Source: Minutocellus sp. GHC0000111
Lineage: Eukaryota
Length of the DNA: 64,000 nt
Reading direction: 5' to 3'
NCBI GenBank assembly: GCA_977018835.1
Contig: OZ361259.1
Coordinates: 558,001-622,000, forward strand
Notes under the pieces: generated by a model
Database searches by the model: none
Told to the model about the DNA's origin: nothing
The model's input: only the letters and a program-made list of their open reading frames with translations
Translations under genes and position numbers: made by a program
Shown here: piece by piece, positions 22,700-34,555 of the stretch
How the letters are laid out: every line of letters begins with the position of its first letter
How positions within the stretch are numbered: position 1 is the first letter of the stretch

Positions 22700-23452
22700 A
22701 TGGCAACGGTGGGATCAAACGGACCCGCCTGGGCCAACGCCTCCTCGCATTCCAGCACATCCCGGAGCGTCCAAGAGGAACTCAACGCCAACGATGCGGA
22801 GAACGACCCCAACGCCTTCCTTGCCAAACCGTACAGCACCCTCGACGAGCCCATCAGCGAAACCATCATGCGCGACGTTCGAGCCGTTGCCGTGAAATTA
22901 CGGGTGGTCCTACTGCCCCTCGACCGCAACACACACTTTGGTTACTCCGGCCTATCGGTCACCGATACCACCGACGACGTTACCGCGGGAGAGAACCAAA
23001 AGCAGGTCATTGACAAGCTCAAGGAATGGGATCTGTGGGGACCGCTATTTGTTTGCCTCGCGCTTAGCGTCATTCTGAGCTTTAGGGCTCCGGCCCACCA
23101 GGCCAGTGCGGTATTCGGTGCGGTGTTCGTGGCGGTATGGGTCGGGTCGGCGGTGGTGACGGTAAACGCACAGCTGCTGGGGTCCAACCTATCCTTCTTC
23201 CAGTCCGTATGCGTGTTGGGATACTGCGTCTTCCCACTCATGTTGGCGGCATTGTTAATATCGACGCTGCACTTGACCCCGTTGGGTTTGGTCTGGGTCG
23301 ATATCATTTGGATCACCGTCGCATTTATCTGGGCATGTCGGGCCAGCGCCGTCTTCATCGGGCAGATCATACCAAAGGAGCGACGATTCTTGGCCATCTA
23401 TCCCGTATTCTTCTTCTATACATTTTTGGGGTGGTTGATTCTGTTGTTCTAG
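22700..23452 (+). CDS. YIPF6: Yip1-domain Golgi membrane protein (YIPF6/Yip4-like), 250 aa
   Basis: STLDEPISETIMRDV..V.VKL..V, LKEWDLWGPL, SFFQSVCVLGYC.FPL and LAIYPVFFFY. Five hydrophobic segments. Intact. Confidence 0.88.
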   Translation: MATVGSNGPAWANASSHSSTSRSVQEELNANDAENDPNAFLAKPYSTLDEPISETIMRDVRAVAVKLRVVLLPLDRNTHFGYSGLSVTDTTDDVTAGENQKQVIDKLKEWDLWGPLFVCLALSVILSFRAPAHQASAVFGAVFVAVWVGSAVVTVNAQLLGSNLSFFQSVCVLGYCVFPLMLAALLISTLHLTPLGLVWVDIIWITVAFIWACRASAVFIGQIIPKERRFLAIYPVFFFYTFLGWLILLF

Positions 23453-23990
23453 ATGTTTGGGCACCAAGAATAATGATACTGTGGGACTCGAATGAATAGA
23501 GCGGAACGGGTGGTCCGCTGTCTTGGACTGATTCATCCATCCGGATTGAATGTCGAATGTTTCAAGGGCAATCTCAGTGGCCTCCCCCGCGGTTATCCTT
23601 TACTAGATAGGAATTCCTAGATTTGTGTATTTGCTCAAAAGTTGTAGGAGACGGGTCTACATGTCATGTTACCCACCGGTACTCTCTCCTTACTCAACAA
23701 ATCTACAAACAACTTCAGATAACCCGCGGTTGGCCTTCCACTCCTCGAAAAGTCGCCCTAACTGGCGAAGATAAACAAGACGACGGTGCGGTGGTCATCA
23801 ACGCAACGTCGAGGGCTCAAATGACGCGAATTATCGGCAGCGCTATGCCTTCTCTAATGGGAAGAGCTGGGCGATATCGTCCATGATGAGAATGAAACAA
23901 ATTATTGCTTTATTCGGATTCCGTGGCTTGTGGGTCTCCTCCTCCGGGTCCCCCAGCTGAATTCTTCCCCGCCACAAAACCAACGCAACG

Positions 23991-25897
23991 ATGAGCATGC
24001 CCCCTGGTCCACCCCATCAACCGTCCTCGGCGGCGCGGAACATGCTTTCACTGGCGCTTTTTGCCGCGTCTATATCCTCAGTGCACGCGTTTTCACCGCA
24101 AGCAACAGCGTCGTTCTCCAGCCGATCACGACGTGCATCTATCACCGCCGCTCCTCCTCGTGGAGCCGGAGGCTCGATTTGTCAAACGTCAGTGAAAGCC
24201 GATGACGCAGGTAGAGACGAACTGGCGCCTAAACCAAGTGCCGTCAGCGATGTGGGGCTAGTAAATGCCACTAATGTTGGTTCCTCCGTGAAAGAGCTGG
24301 TCGACGAACTATCCGATCCGGAGGCCGAGAAAAGAAGCACAAGGGCACGACGGGCACAAATCGACATCAATTGATGAAGATGATGATGACGAGGAATACG
24401 ACTTCTCAACACCAAGTCGGCCGAGGATACGACACGACAAGATGAATGGCAGAAGAAAACGTACCGCCGATGACTTGTTCGATGATGACTTTGAAGACGA
24501 CGATGACTTCTTTGACGATGACGAAGATGACTACTACGACCGACGAAGGAAAAGTGCTTCTCGGCCATTGAGCAACAAGAAGAAGTCCAACCGAAGGAGA
24601 AGGCTCTTTGATGATGATGACGATGATTACGAAGATGATTATTACGGGGATGAAGACTACGGTCGTACTGCCGACAAACCAAAAGAAAAGAGACGATACG
24701 GCGAGTACGTCACCTATTTCCAGGAGGACTTTGTCGAAGAAGATCCCAACCAGGCCTGGGAGTGGGAGACTACCCGGTCCGGCCGGGCGTCGGTACTGCT
24801 CCCACCGCTCCCCGATGATGCTCCTGCCAACAGTGCCGCACCAACCCCCCAAAGCATCATTCACTTTATTGGCGGTGCTATAGTTGGTTCGTATCCTCGA
24901 TTTGCTCCTGCCTCTGGCTCAGCAGACCAATTCCGTGGAGGTGGCAACCAATGTGCCGGTAACGGTGGATCGGAACCCATTGGACCACTATGCCCTTTCA
25001 GATACAATTTACGAGGCGCTAGAAGAGGCATACGAAGACGTGCTTTGTGACGAGTTTGATTTTGATAAGTTGAAGGACGTTCCCCTGGTGGGTGTTGGGC
25101 ACAGTTTGGGATCGAGGCTGCATGTGGTGATGAATACCGACGACGAGGACATGGTCAGAAGAATGGAAAAGCGAATTCCCAACAAGAGGGTTGGCAATGT
25201 CTTCATGGGCTTTAACAATTATGGCACCAGCTCGGCGGTTCCAGGTGTAAAGACGCTTCGAAAGGGTGTCAAGGAAAGCGAGAAATATCGGCAACAGAAG
25301 CGGAAAAGCAGTCGGCGCCGCAATGCAAGACGAGATAGATACTCGTACGATGACGACTTCGAAGACGATGATTACTACGATGATGACGACTCCACCATCC
25401 AAGAGGACTTGGAAGAAATCTTCGGGCTTGCCATGGCTTCCGTGAAATCAAGGCTCACCCCGCGCGAATTGGGAGAGAATCTGGAGTTTGAACCGACTCC
25501 CGACGAGCTGTGGTCCTCTATCAGCAGCGGCTTGTACGCAAAGAGGATCAAGAATACACTGATTGTGCAATTCGACAGAGATCGCATATGCCAAGGCTCT
25601 CGTTTGGCCCGGGCATTATCAGAGGACGCTGCCGAGTCCAGCGGCAGCAACATTAAATTCGCCAGATTGGAGGGAGCTCACTTGACGCCGTCTTCATCGT
25701 ACAAGTCGAACGGTCTCAGCTTATCAAAGATTGTTGGATTTACCCAAGCTAGCCTCTCATTTGATGCAATGGCCAAGGAGATTGCGCGAGAACGCAAGGA
25801 GGACGAGAAAGCATCCAAGAAGGTCCTTGAGGACAAAGCTCACGAAATGGAGGCATTGGTTAAGACCCTAACAAGGTTTGTAAAGGAAGTAAGATAA
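23991..25897 (+). pseudogene. Plastid-targeted DUF1350-like alpha/beta hydrolase, disrupted
   Basis: Presequence MLSLALFAASISSVHA-FSP. Motifs IIHFIGGAIVGSYP, VGVGHSLG, FMGFNN, EFEPTPDE and LEGAHLTP. Frame breaks near 24372 and 24900. Confidence 0.72.
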
Positions 25898-25959
25898 GAG
25901 AAGAAAGATTATTACATGTATTGACTCTATTTTTGGACATAAACTGCAGTTACATATAA

Positions 25960-28074
25960 TCAAATGAACACACCGGTTGCCCCAGCTAAAGGCACCAGCA
26001 GGAACAAGTTTGTCATTAGATCGCGTATCGACCCGGCAGATGTAGTGTCTCCTGATTCATCATTGATTTCCTCACTTCCGCCATCATCACTTGATTCGCC
26101 ATCGGATTCAGGCTCATCGCCAAAGTAGGTCCAACGCTCGCACAGCTTGACGCACTCTTCAATCCCAGCGCCCTTCAGACACTCGATCAAGGCATTGTAC
26201 TTGTCATGGTTGATGGTGCTTGGGTTGAAATCTGCAGTGACCGACGGCAAGGTTGGGGTTGGTGCAAAGATTTCCTGGCAGTAATGGACACTTGTTGGCG
26301 AACTTTTGGTATACATGAATCCGTAGTCTGCGGCTACTGGAACCGAAAAGTTGTTTGGATTGACGCCCATAATACCGTGGCCGCCGGCAAGATATCCATT
26401 ATCATCCGGCACGAGCTGGTTGGTATGGCCATGCCCATCAAAATAAATGATCCTCGATCCAAAGTGCGAACATCCTGGCAAATCGAGGAGCAATTCCCGA
26501 GCTCTTGGCGTTACAACTTGACCTCCGTATGGGAGTACCCAGGACTGTATTGTTTCATCACCGTTCCAGTGACCGATGAGTAGGATCGTTTCATCCTTGT
26601 TCACATTCTCCTCGAAGAATGCACACGCTTCGGTGAAGTAGGGCAGTAGCTCCTCAGCCGAATACCCGCCATTGAAGAATAGCAGACCAAAGCCACCAAG
26701 CTTGTACCAGCCGATACTGTTCTTGATGGAGGAAGTTGCCTCAATTGACTGATATTTGGTGCCACTTCCAGAGGGTGGATCGTCGGGATTGATACTGTAA
26801 TCGAAGTAGGTACCATTGTCGGCACTTACAACGGAGTCAATGCCAAGGTACTGTAAACTATACTGCAATGGATCGTAGACCACGCCGTCATCAGGGGCAC
26901 CGCCTGTCCAGATGTCGTGATTGCCAAGGATGTAGACCAACGGCTTACTCATGGCCTTGGTAGATAGACGCTTCCAAAAGGATGTAGTAATGGTGCCATC
27001 CGAGTCGTAGAAGTTATCTCCCAACATAATGAAGCAATCAAATCCTCCATCGTCGACATCTGCCTCCGCCAGAGCATTCAACATTTCCACCGACTTGGAA
27101 TAAGCATCGAAATACTTGCCGAATGAACACCCCACAAACTTGGAGCTGATGCAAGGGTCACCCCAAATCACACACTTTGCCGGCTCGTTATCTTCGGCGA
27201 TACGAACATTGAACTCGGTCCCATCGACTTCAAAGGGGTTGTCCAATCCGGGCACAACCTTAACAATTGCCGTGTGAATGTACGACTTGCCATACTTTTT
27301 AGTAGTCGTCCAGCCCTTGAGCATGGCCAATTCGCCCTTGTCTACCGGCTTGTTCTCGAACTTATCCAACAATAGGGCGTCATTCATGTCGGGGGCATCA
27401 TCCGCCATAAGATCTTCCATCTCCATTGCATCGATGCATTGGTCACACTCTCGAAACAGCTCGCAGATGCACTCATTGGTCGTTTGGTTGTAGTACTGGG
27501 AAAAGTAGGTGCATTCCTCGTTGCTTTGACAATCAAACAGACACTGCGAATCCGGCGCTGGACTCTCGGCATGGCCACCCCACGTGTAATTGTAGGATTC
27601 GATGAGAGAATTGCCGTTGGGATCGGCGACGCATCGGGCGTTGGCCGTGCCGGTGTCAAATTGGGCCGTCCAGCGGTACTTGAATGGTGCCGAGGTGTCC
27701 CACGATAGCACCTCGTCTTCCACGGCACTACTATCAGCCATGGGCCTTCGAACGAATGCAGGCGGGTCGAGGGATGTGCTCACAATGGAGATGCGGACGG
27801 CGTCGTATCCATGTGAGGCATGCGCTTTGCTCACACGTAGATCGATGGGACTTACTGGTGGATCGATGGCCGAGCTGCACTTATCATTGCTGGCCTGTGC
27901 CTTGCGACGTCGTTGTTCATCTGCCTCTTGGAACGATGTGTGATAGTCATGCTCAAAGTGTCCGAGAGGCGGGCGTTCCACGAGGCGAGGATCGGCCAGG
28001 ACAACGCAGAGCAGGTGGGCAATGACTGCCGCGGCAAAGATAATACTCATCGGGCGATAAGAAGCGACGATCAT
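25960..28074 (-). CDS. Secreted calcineurin-like metallophosphoesterase with Cys-rich (PAN/apple-like) insert and hydrophobic C-tail, 704 aa
   Basis: Signal peptide; motifs WGDP, LGDNFY, LGNHD, LIGH and DGHGH; CLFDCQSNEECTYF..CICELF..C; C-terminal hydrophobic stretch. Confidence 0.85.
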   Translation of the reverse strand: MIVASYRPMSIIFAAAVIAHLLCVVLADPRLVERPPLGHFEHDYHTSFQEADEQRRRKAQASNDKCSSAIDPPVSPIDLRVSKAHASHGYDAVRISIVSTSLDPPAFVRRPMADSSAVEDEVLSWDTSAPFKYRWTAQFDTGTANARCVADPNGNSLIESYNYTWGGHAESPAPDSQCLFDCQSNEECTYFSQYYNQTTNECICELFRECDQCIDAMEMEDLMADDAPDMNDALLLDKFENKPVDKGELAMLKGWTTTKKYGKSYIHTAIVKVVPGLDNPFEVDGTEFNVRIAEDNEPAKCVIWGDPCISSKFVGCSFGKYFDAYSKSVEMLNALAEADVDDGGFDCFIMLGDNFYDSDGTITTSFWKRLSTKAMSKPLVYILGNHDIWTGGAPDDGVVYDPLQYSLQYLGIDSVVSADNGTYFDYSINPDDPPSGSGTKYQSIEATSSIKNSIGWYKLGGFGLLFFNGGYSAEELLPYFTEACAFFEENVNKDETILLIGHWNGDETIQSWVLPYGGQVVTPRARELLLDLPGCSHFGSRIIYFDGHGHTNQLVPDDNGYLAGGHGIMGVNPNNFSVPVAADYGFMYTKSSPTSVHYCQEIFAPTPTLPSVTADFNPSTINHDKYNALIECLKGAGIEECVKLCERWTYFGDEPESDGESSDDGGSEEINDESGDTTSAGSIRDLMTNLFLLVPLAGATGVFI

Positions 28075-28363
28075 GGTGATGCCAAGCTACTTTGGATGGA
28101 TTGTGTTATGCTGTTCCTCATGTGGAGAGGCAGCCATCTTGGCGCCCGGCAAGTTGGGGAAAATCTAATCACCCCGAAACACTCTTTGGAGTCTTATCAT
28201 ATTAGGAACCCGGAACTTGAGCTCAGGGAAGCCGATGATGTGGCGGCCCTCGCCAGCAACACAAGAACGCGGCGCCGACCAAAAAGACAAGGACCAGCAT
28301 CGCCTGCTTGCTTCCTGCCCCGTCCTTCATTGTTGAAGTTTTGCACACCAAAAGGACCCAACC

Positions 28364-29694
28364 ATGCGCGTCCTCGGAGGTTCCCTCGCCCTCCTCCTCG
28401 CCGCCGGCAAGGTGCGTGGCTTTCTTGCCCTGCTCGTGATGGTTGGCGACTCGTTGGAAAGTTGCGGCACATAATCGATGATGGATGGATTGACAAACGC
28501 ACGCAGACCGGTTCACTGTGTGCAGTGCCGAGAGTTTCAGTTCCGTTGAGAATGATGGGCGTGATGGAATGAGGATTTTGCCACAGTGTACAGTCTCGTC
28601 AGCAACCTTGGAGTTGCGTGGGTATCTTGCGAAGGAGGTTGGAGAATTGGAGCACATCTCGTGCTGGGAAAATATTGGAAGGCAACAACGGTATCGGCAG
28701 CATGCAGAGAAAAAATGTGCCGCAAGAAAAATTGGAATGCAATTTGTTTGGCACATCCCAAGCCCATCAAGCTTGCCAGCATTGATACAACATGCCAAGT
28801 CAAGCTCCAAAAGCAATTCATCTCACATATCATCTTCTCTCATATCTTCGTGTCTAATTCACACACACCTAAAAGCAGGCGTCGGCGTTTGTTCCGTCGT
28901 CGTTTGTTGCCCGGAATGGAAATATTGTTGCCTCCCCATCGGCCGCCTCCCCGTCCTCGCTGCACATGGCGACCGACAGCGGACCGCCGTACTCCGGCCC
29001 CAGCGTCAAGCCCATCCTGGACTCCATCGAGTATCCCTCCGACATGAAGAACCTCGGCATGAAGGACCTGAAGCAGCTCGCCCACGAGCTCCGTTGGGAG
29101 GTCATCGAGGCCGTTTCCAAAACCGGCGGCCATCTCAGCTCGTCCCTCGGCGTCGTCGAATTGACCGTCGCCCTGCACTACGTCTTCGACATGCCCGACG
29201 ACGACATCATCTGGGACGTCAGTCATCAGTGCTACCCGCACAAGATGCTCACCGGCCGGCGCAACCGGTTCGAAAAGCTCCGGCAGCTCGGCGGCATCTC
29301 CGGTTTCTGCAAGCGCAAGGAATCCGAATACGATTCCTTCGGTGCCGGACATTCCACCACCAGTATCTCCGCCGCTCAGGGCATGTCGGTCGGCAAGGCC
29401 ATGCTCAACAAGCGCAAGAACAACAACATTGCCGTTATTGGCGATGGTGCCATCACCGGTGGCATGGCCTTCGAGGCCATGAACAGTGCGGGTTATCTCA
29501 AGAACCGCATGATCGTCGTCCTCAATGACAATGGACAGGTCAGCCTCCCCACCGGCACGCAGAGTGCTGGTGGTGTCGTCCCTGCCTCGCAGCTCAGTGC
29601 CTACACGTCCAACCTGCTGGTTTCTAAGCCCTTCCAGGATTTCCGTGACTTCGCCAAGAGCTTTAACCGTCTGTTGCCCGAGAATGTGCAGGAA
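28364..29694 (+). pseudogene. DXS: 1-deoxy-D-xylulose-5-phosphate synthase, 5' third only, with one intron
   Basis: Exon 1 is 28364-28411 (MRVLGGSLALLLAAGK). A GT-AG intron spans 28412-28878. Exon 2 starts ASAFVP in frame with GGHLSSSLGVVELTVALH, WDVSHQCYPHK, GAGHSTTSISAA, GDGAITGG and LNDN. Similarity stops after LPENVQE. Confidence 0.93.
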
Positions 29695-29978
29695 TTCCAC
29701 CGGCAGTCGGGGTGCTGTGGATCTGCTGCACTTCGTGCAAGAGGGTGGACTGCGTTCCGCCGGCAGGCGGTGAGACCTTGGCGGCCTCGGGGGCGTTGGA
29801 GGGACTTTCGCTGCGGGACGGTCCGGCCGATTCCATGCCACCGCTGCCGCTGTTGTTATTGTCGAAACTGCTGGCCATTTTCAGGCTGTCAATTCGTCCA
29901 GCGATGGCGTCGGGAGAAACATCCTCTCCGCTTCCGGCCAGCGAGGAAGAGTTGGCTCCCGAAAGCTGCTGCCGACAT
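29690..29978 (-). pseudogene. 5' fragment of an unidentified low-complexity protein gene, joined convergently to the DXS fragment
   Basis: Ser/Gly/Pro-rich frame (SGANSSSLAGSGEDV..MASSFDNNNSGSGG..STPTAGGIP) ends exactly where DXS similarity ends. Confidence 0.4.
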
Positions 29979-30854
29979 CTTGGACCGGCCTTGGCTTCTA
30001 CAGAATTCTCGTACTTTCCAAGTATCTTTTTAGAGCACAAGATGTGCTGGTTTGGGTTCTGGAGTCGAATCGAGGCCGAATATCCACTCAAATGGTCAGG
30101 TGAAAGGTTGCGGGGCTTCTGTTGTTCTATTTGCCGCTCTGATTCTTTCTTCCCTCGCCGAATTCGGTACTGACCGTTCAAATCTTCACAGCGCGCGGCG
30201 TGCAGGCAAATATCAAATCGTGCCCAGGAATGAACCGCGAAGCAAACAGTTCTTTCTCGGTGCCAATGACAAAACTCTTCAACGAGCACGCAATATGCCG
30301 GTTTGAAAGTATGTGCTGACCAAGCAAAATTCGAGGGGAAAGAGAACCAACCCCTTCCACGCTCACGCTCCGTCACAAGGATTTCAAATAATCCGCTTGA
30401 CAGATTCTTCTTTGCAAACAATTTTCTGACGCGTGGCGGGGCGGCGAACTTGGTTGGATCCGAGACGAGACGAACGAGACGGCCTCACGGATATACAGAT
30501 AAAGATACGCGAGGGACAAAGGCAGGCGCCTCTCTAGCCCTTATCGGTCCACGCCTTCAATCGAGGAGTGAGTTGTGCGGCTTCTTTGCTTTGGCGCCTC
30601 CTTCCATTCATTCGATTTGAACTGACGTGTAAAAATTTGCGCGGCGGAGGTCATGGAAAAATGTCTTGGAGATGGCGGGCTCGATTCTCTGGGTGTCTTT
30701 TTTCCGTTGAAGGGATCCGGGTTTCTTCCCACCAACACTAAAATATCTGAAGCTTTGACGAGATGTGTTGGGGCAGAGTGCAGTATCAGTAGCCGAGAAG
30801 GCTTTCCACGCAGCGGCCGGTCCCTTGCTCTCCTCTTCAATATATGTTTCCAAG

Positions 30855-33690
30855 ATGACATCGACCAGTAGATCGCCCGGCGTATCTTTTAACGATCCAT
30901 TTCCAGACTCTCCCGACCGAGCAACTTTCGAAGAAGCACATAATTCTTCGACATCTACATCTGCCACGCATGATCCCATCCTGCACGGCCATCTGCTCCA
31001 ATCCAAGTACCGCGGGGCCGGATTTCGCAATTTTGGATCCAAATGGCGTCACGTCGTCCTCAACATTCGCACCGGCGAATTGTGTATATATCAAGTCGAG
31101 CAAGACGAAGGTGGTGGTGGCTACAACATTCGGAAAGAAGTTAGTCGGCAGAAGCAAGAGGGACAGCACCGCCTCGTCGTCGTCGGAGGTGGCCGTCAAT
31201 GCCAAGAATCGGACCAAATCCGAGCTGTATTTCTTGCCACGCGACCAACAGGACCAACAAAACAAGGGTGGTCGGACCAGCAACAGCAAGGCGGCGGCGC
31301 TGCTGCTCGGTTCGACCCTACCCCAGGAAGCCGATCTGATACTGCGCCTACCGGCCGGTACATGGGCCATCAAGGATTTGGTGGGGAACGACACGGCCTT
31401 CGTCGTCAAGTACGATTTGCGCTCGGTGGAGTTGACTGGCGGCACTGGTAAATTGCAAGGCGATCAGGACGAGGAATTGACGCTGGAAAGCAATGCATCG
31501 GTCACCAAAGATCGCAAGGCCAAGATACGGAGTCTCAAGTTGGGCAAGATGGGCAACAAGTAGACCCAGCGAGCAAGCAGCTGAAGACTCTTTCTTTGTG
31601 GACGACAATGAAAACGCATCGGTCGGGATGTCGACGGTCCAGTCCGAATTCACATCGGCAACAGTAACAGCCGGTGGTATCAACAAAATGGCCAAATCCA
31701 AGGGCAAGATCACCCTCCGATGTCCCGGTGGTGGCAACGAGAAGGCCATGTGGGAGACCGCCGCAAGCAAATGCGGTGGGATCGATGCGCCCGAATTATT
31801 GGAAGAGATTGCACCGCAATCCAAAAGTCAATTGTCGGCCATCGGACAGACGGTGTCAACTCAATCAAAGTCGGCATTCAAGATACTGTCCAAGAGCAAG
31901 CCCGTCAAGCAGATTGGCAAGACGGTGCCCAAATCCATCCAACCCAAGAATGTTACGTGGAGATATCGCAAGGATTTTACGGCTGTTGGTGCATTGAATA
32001 TGAGTGTTTTGGTCAAGGGACCACTGCCCAACTCGGCGTTGAGCGAGATGCATCGATCGATTGTGCAAGATGACGACGAAGAGATGTCCATCACTGATAA
32101 TACGAAATGCGACGAGGATGAGCTCGGCAGAGTCAAGGAATACAAAGTTCAGCCCCAATGGGCATATCCCAATGTTTGGATGACTCCTCCTGAGCTCAAG
32201 AGAGAGATGCTAAGACGATCGGATCATTTTCATGATTTGAGGGACGACGTGGATGGTGGGCAATCTGAGGTAAACAACTTGAGCCGTCGAATTGGCAGTC
32301 TTCAAGTCGAGGTGCTCAGCTGTCACGGTCTAGCGAGACAAGAAACGGTCGCCGATGCAATCAATCTTTCCGATGGGAGTGGTGGAGCTGTAGTATATCT
32401 CGTCGCAGGTGCCAAGGCATTCTGCACAGATACCATTCCAGGAATCCGAGATCACTTTTGGCTCAGAAAGACTCGGAGAGCAGCAATCTTCCCACTATAC
32501 CATCCTTATGACCATTTATATGCCGGGGTCTTCGATGCCGACACCAACGACTTTTCGGGGAGGGTTTGTATCGATGTGGCCAAGTTACGGCCTGATAGCA
32601 CTTATAACATTACCCTGCCTCTTCGACAGTCGGCCCAAATGTACGCCCGCAGAGGCCGAGGTACCATCCAACTGCGATTCAAGCTAGAGTGGGACGATGA
32701 CAAAGCGGCAGTTCTTTCCTACCTACCACCTTCACTACGAGCAAATCCCGTGTCGATACCTTGTGGGGATAAGGTTGCATTCCGTAACATTGCAAGGACT
32801 GTTTATGGCGAAGATCTCCACGGGAAATGGAGTCGCACGATTATGAAGGCTACGACGAAAGAGCTCAAGCTCTACAAGAAGCACACCAAGGCGTTGAAGA
32901 AGCAAATTATGGGCGATATTTCCGGCTGGGTCAATCCGACATTTTCGCTCTATGTCTTTGTTGCCTGGATGCACTGCGTCTATCGAGCCTCCATGGCTCT
33001 TATTTTGCCCTACTTTTTTGGGTTCGTTATCATGTGGCTTGTTCGAAACTACGCTACGTTTGTCCTCGGGAGCTATAAGCACATGGGATATACCCCGCCG
33101 ACAATTCCCGAGCTCATTGCATCTCTTTTTGGGCTCAAAGCTATCCGTCCTCTCGAAGTGAAGAAGCACGACGCCCAAGACCCTCCTCCTATGCCTCAGC
33201 GGCCCTTTGCCGAGAAGACATACAGGGCTACTGGATTCAAAGAGAGCGACGGCGATCTTGACGAAGAAGGCTACCATTTAGAGTTTCCATTTTCTGACGG
33301 CAATCGGCATCGGAAGGTATTACTGAGAGACGCCTACGCAAAAGACCTGGCTCCAGCGCCATCACCTCGCAAATCGCTACCGGTGCCAGCTCGACCCGGC
33401 AGTAATCACCATTCTTCTGTTGAGATAACAGAACAGGATCTCTTCACATTCGAAGATGATGACGAAAACAACAATTTTGACGTGGACATGGCCGAGACTT
33501 CGTCAAAATTCTTGGCATTGGAATCTAGTGGTAATGCTTCAGACCGAAAGCAGGTTATTGATCACATTGCTCCAGACCAGGATATGGATGTTCCGTACAA
33601 AGGCACAACAATATTCGAGGATTTGGAAGAATTTCTCGGTATTGCCCACTCTGCGACGTTTGGTCTAGTAAATGATCGTGTCGTCAAGGC
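30855..33690 (+). pseudogene. PH-like plus C2-domain membrane protein, frameshifted and 3'-truncated
   Basis: ILHGHLLQSK..KWRHVVL..GELCIY (PH-like start). IGSLQVEVLSCHGL..LYAGVFD..DFSGRVCID..GTIQLRFKLEW (C2). A hydrophobic hairpin follows. Frame breaks near 31090 and 31561. Confidence 0.65.
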
Positions 33691-33721
33691 CCGGAAGCTA
33701 GTGGTAAAGTCGTACCAAGCA

Positions 33722-34420
33722 ATGGCAAGTAGGAGGCAGCTGGTAGACGCCAAAAATTGCCTCCTTCCCCAAGGAGAATCCATTCGCCTTCCAGCTGATG
33801 GTGGCGACAGGGAAGACAGCGGCTGCCGACGTAATGGTGCAGATTGTTGTGGAAAAGAAGAAGCTATCAGAAATTGACTGGAAGCGCAATTTCATTTTCG
33901 TCGCATTTGGCTTTGGTTACCTTGGAGGATTTCAGTATTGGATTATGGTGACCAAGTACCGACAATGGTTCCCCACGATGGATCGATTTGCCAAGCTCTC
34001 CTTTGCTGAAAAAATAAAGGACACGGCAGGAATACTCGATGCCTTGAAGATGGTTGCATTTGATGTATTCGTGCATTTGCCCATCAGTACTTCCCCTCGT
34101 ATTATGTGTGCAAGGAGTTCGTAACATCTGATAGCTGGAATGTGTTGGATTGGGTCAAGGACGGCACGACGAAGTATGCCAACAATGCCAAGGAGGACTT
34201 GACGGCCATGATCAAGCTTTGGGGACCAAGTGATTGTGTCCAGTTTGTGTTGCCAGTGCATATTCGAATGCCATTTAGGCATTTGGTTTCCTTCTTTTGG
34301 ACTGCCTACGTCTTGTTCACTCGCGGTGGGTCCGAGCCGGAACCACAAAGCGAACAAGAAATGAATGCTCAAGTAGAAAAGGTCAAGCGAAGGATCTCGG
34401 CTGGAGAGCAGCCAGAATGA
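33722..34420 (+). pseudogene. Mpv17/PMP22 family protein with two 1-bp frameshifts
   Basis: PKENPFAFQLMVATGKTAAADVMVQ, IDWKRN..F..FGFGYLG, LWGPSD.VQFVLPVHIRMPFRHLVSFFWTAY. Breaks at the A-run near 33752 and near 34086. Confidence 0.82.
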
Positions 34421-34555
34421 AGTCTTGACTTATTATTGGATGGAGTGAATGGCTTAATAATATTTATATCTGCTAACTTATATATATATATGTACACTTT
34501 TTCGCTCTTATTCTATTAGATACCAAAGATGGCCATCTCTATACATTGACATATG

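Noticed and set aside
28364..29694. DXS as bacterial contamination or recent horizontal transfer
   Set aside because: It has a spliceosomal intron and a diatom-type ASAF presequence.
28518..29841. 336-aa and 333-aa ORFs overlapping DXS
   Set aside because: Alternative-frame and antisense shadows caused by strong codon bias.
31493..33877. 794-aa ORF as a complete protein
   Set aside because: Its start is out of frame with the upstream PH-like part, and its end reads into the Mpv17 block in the wrong frame.
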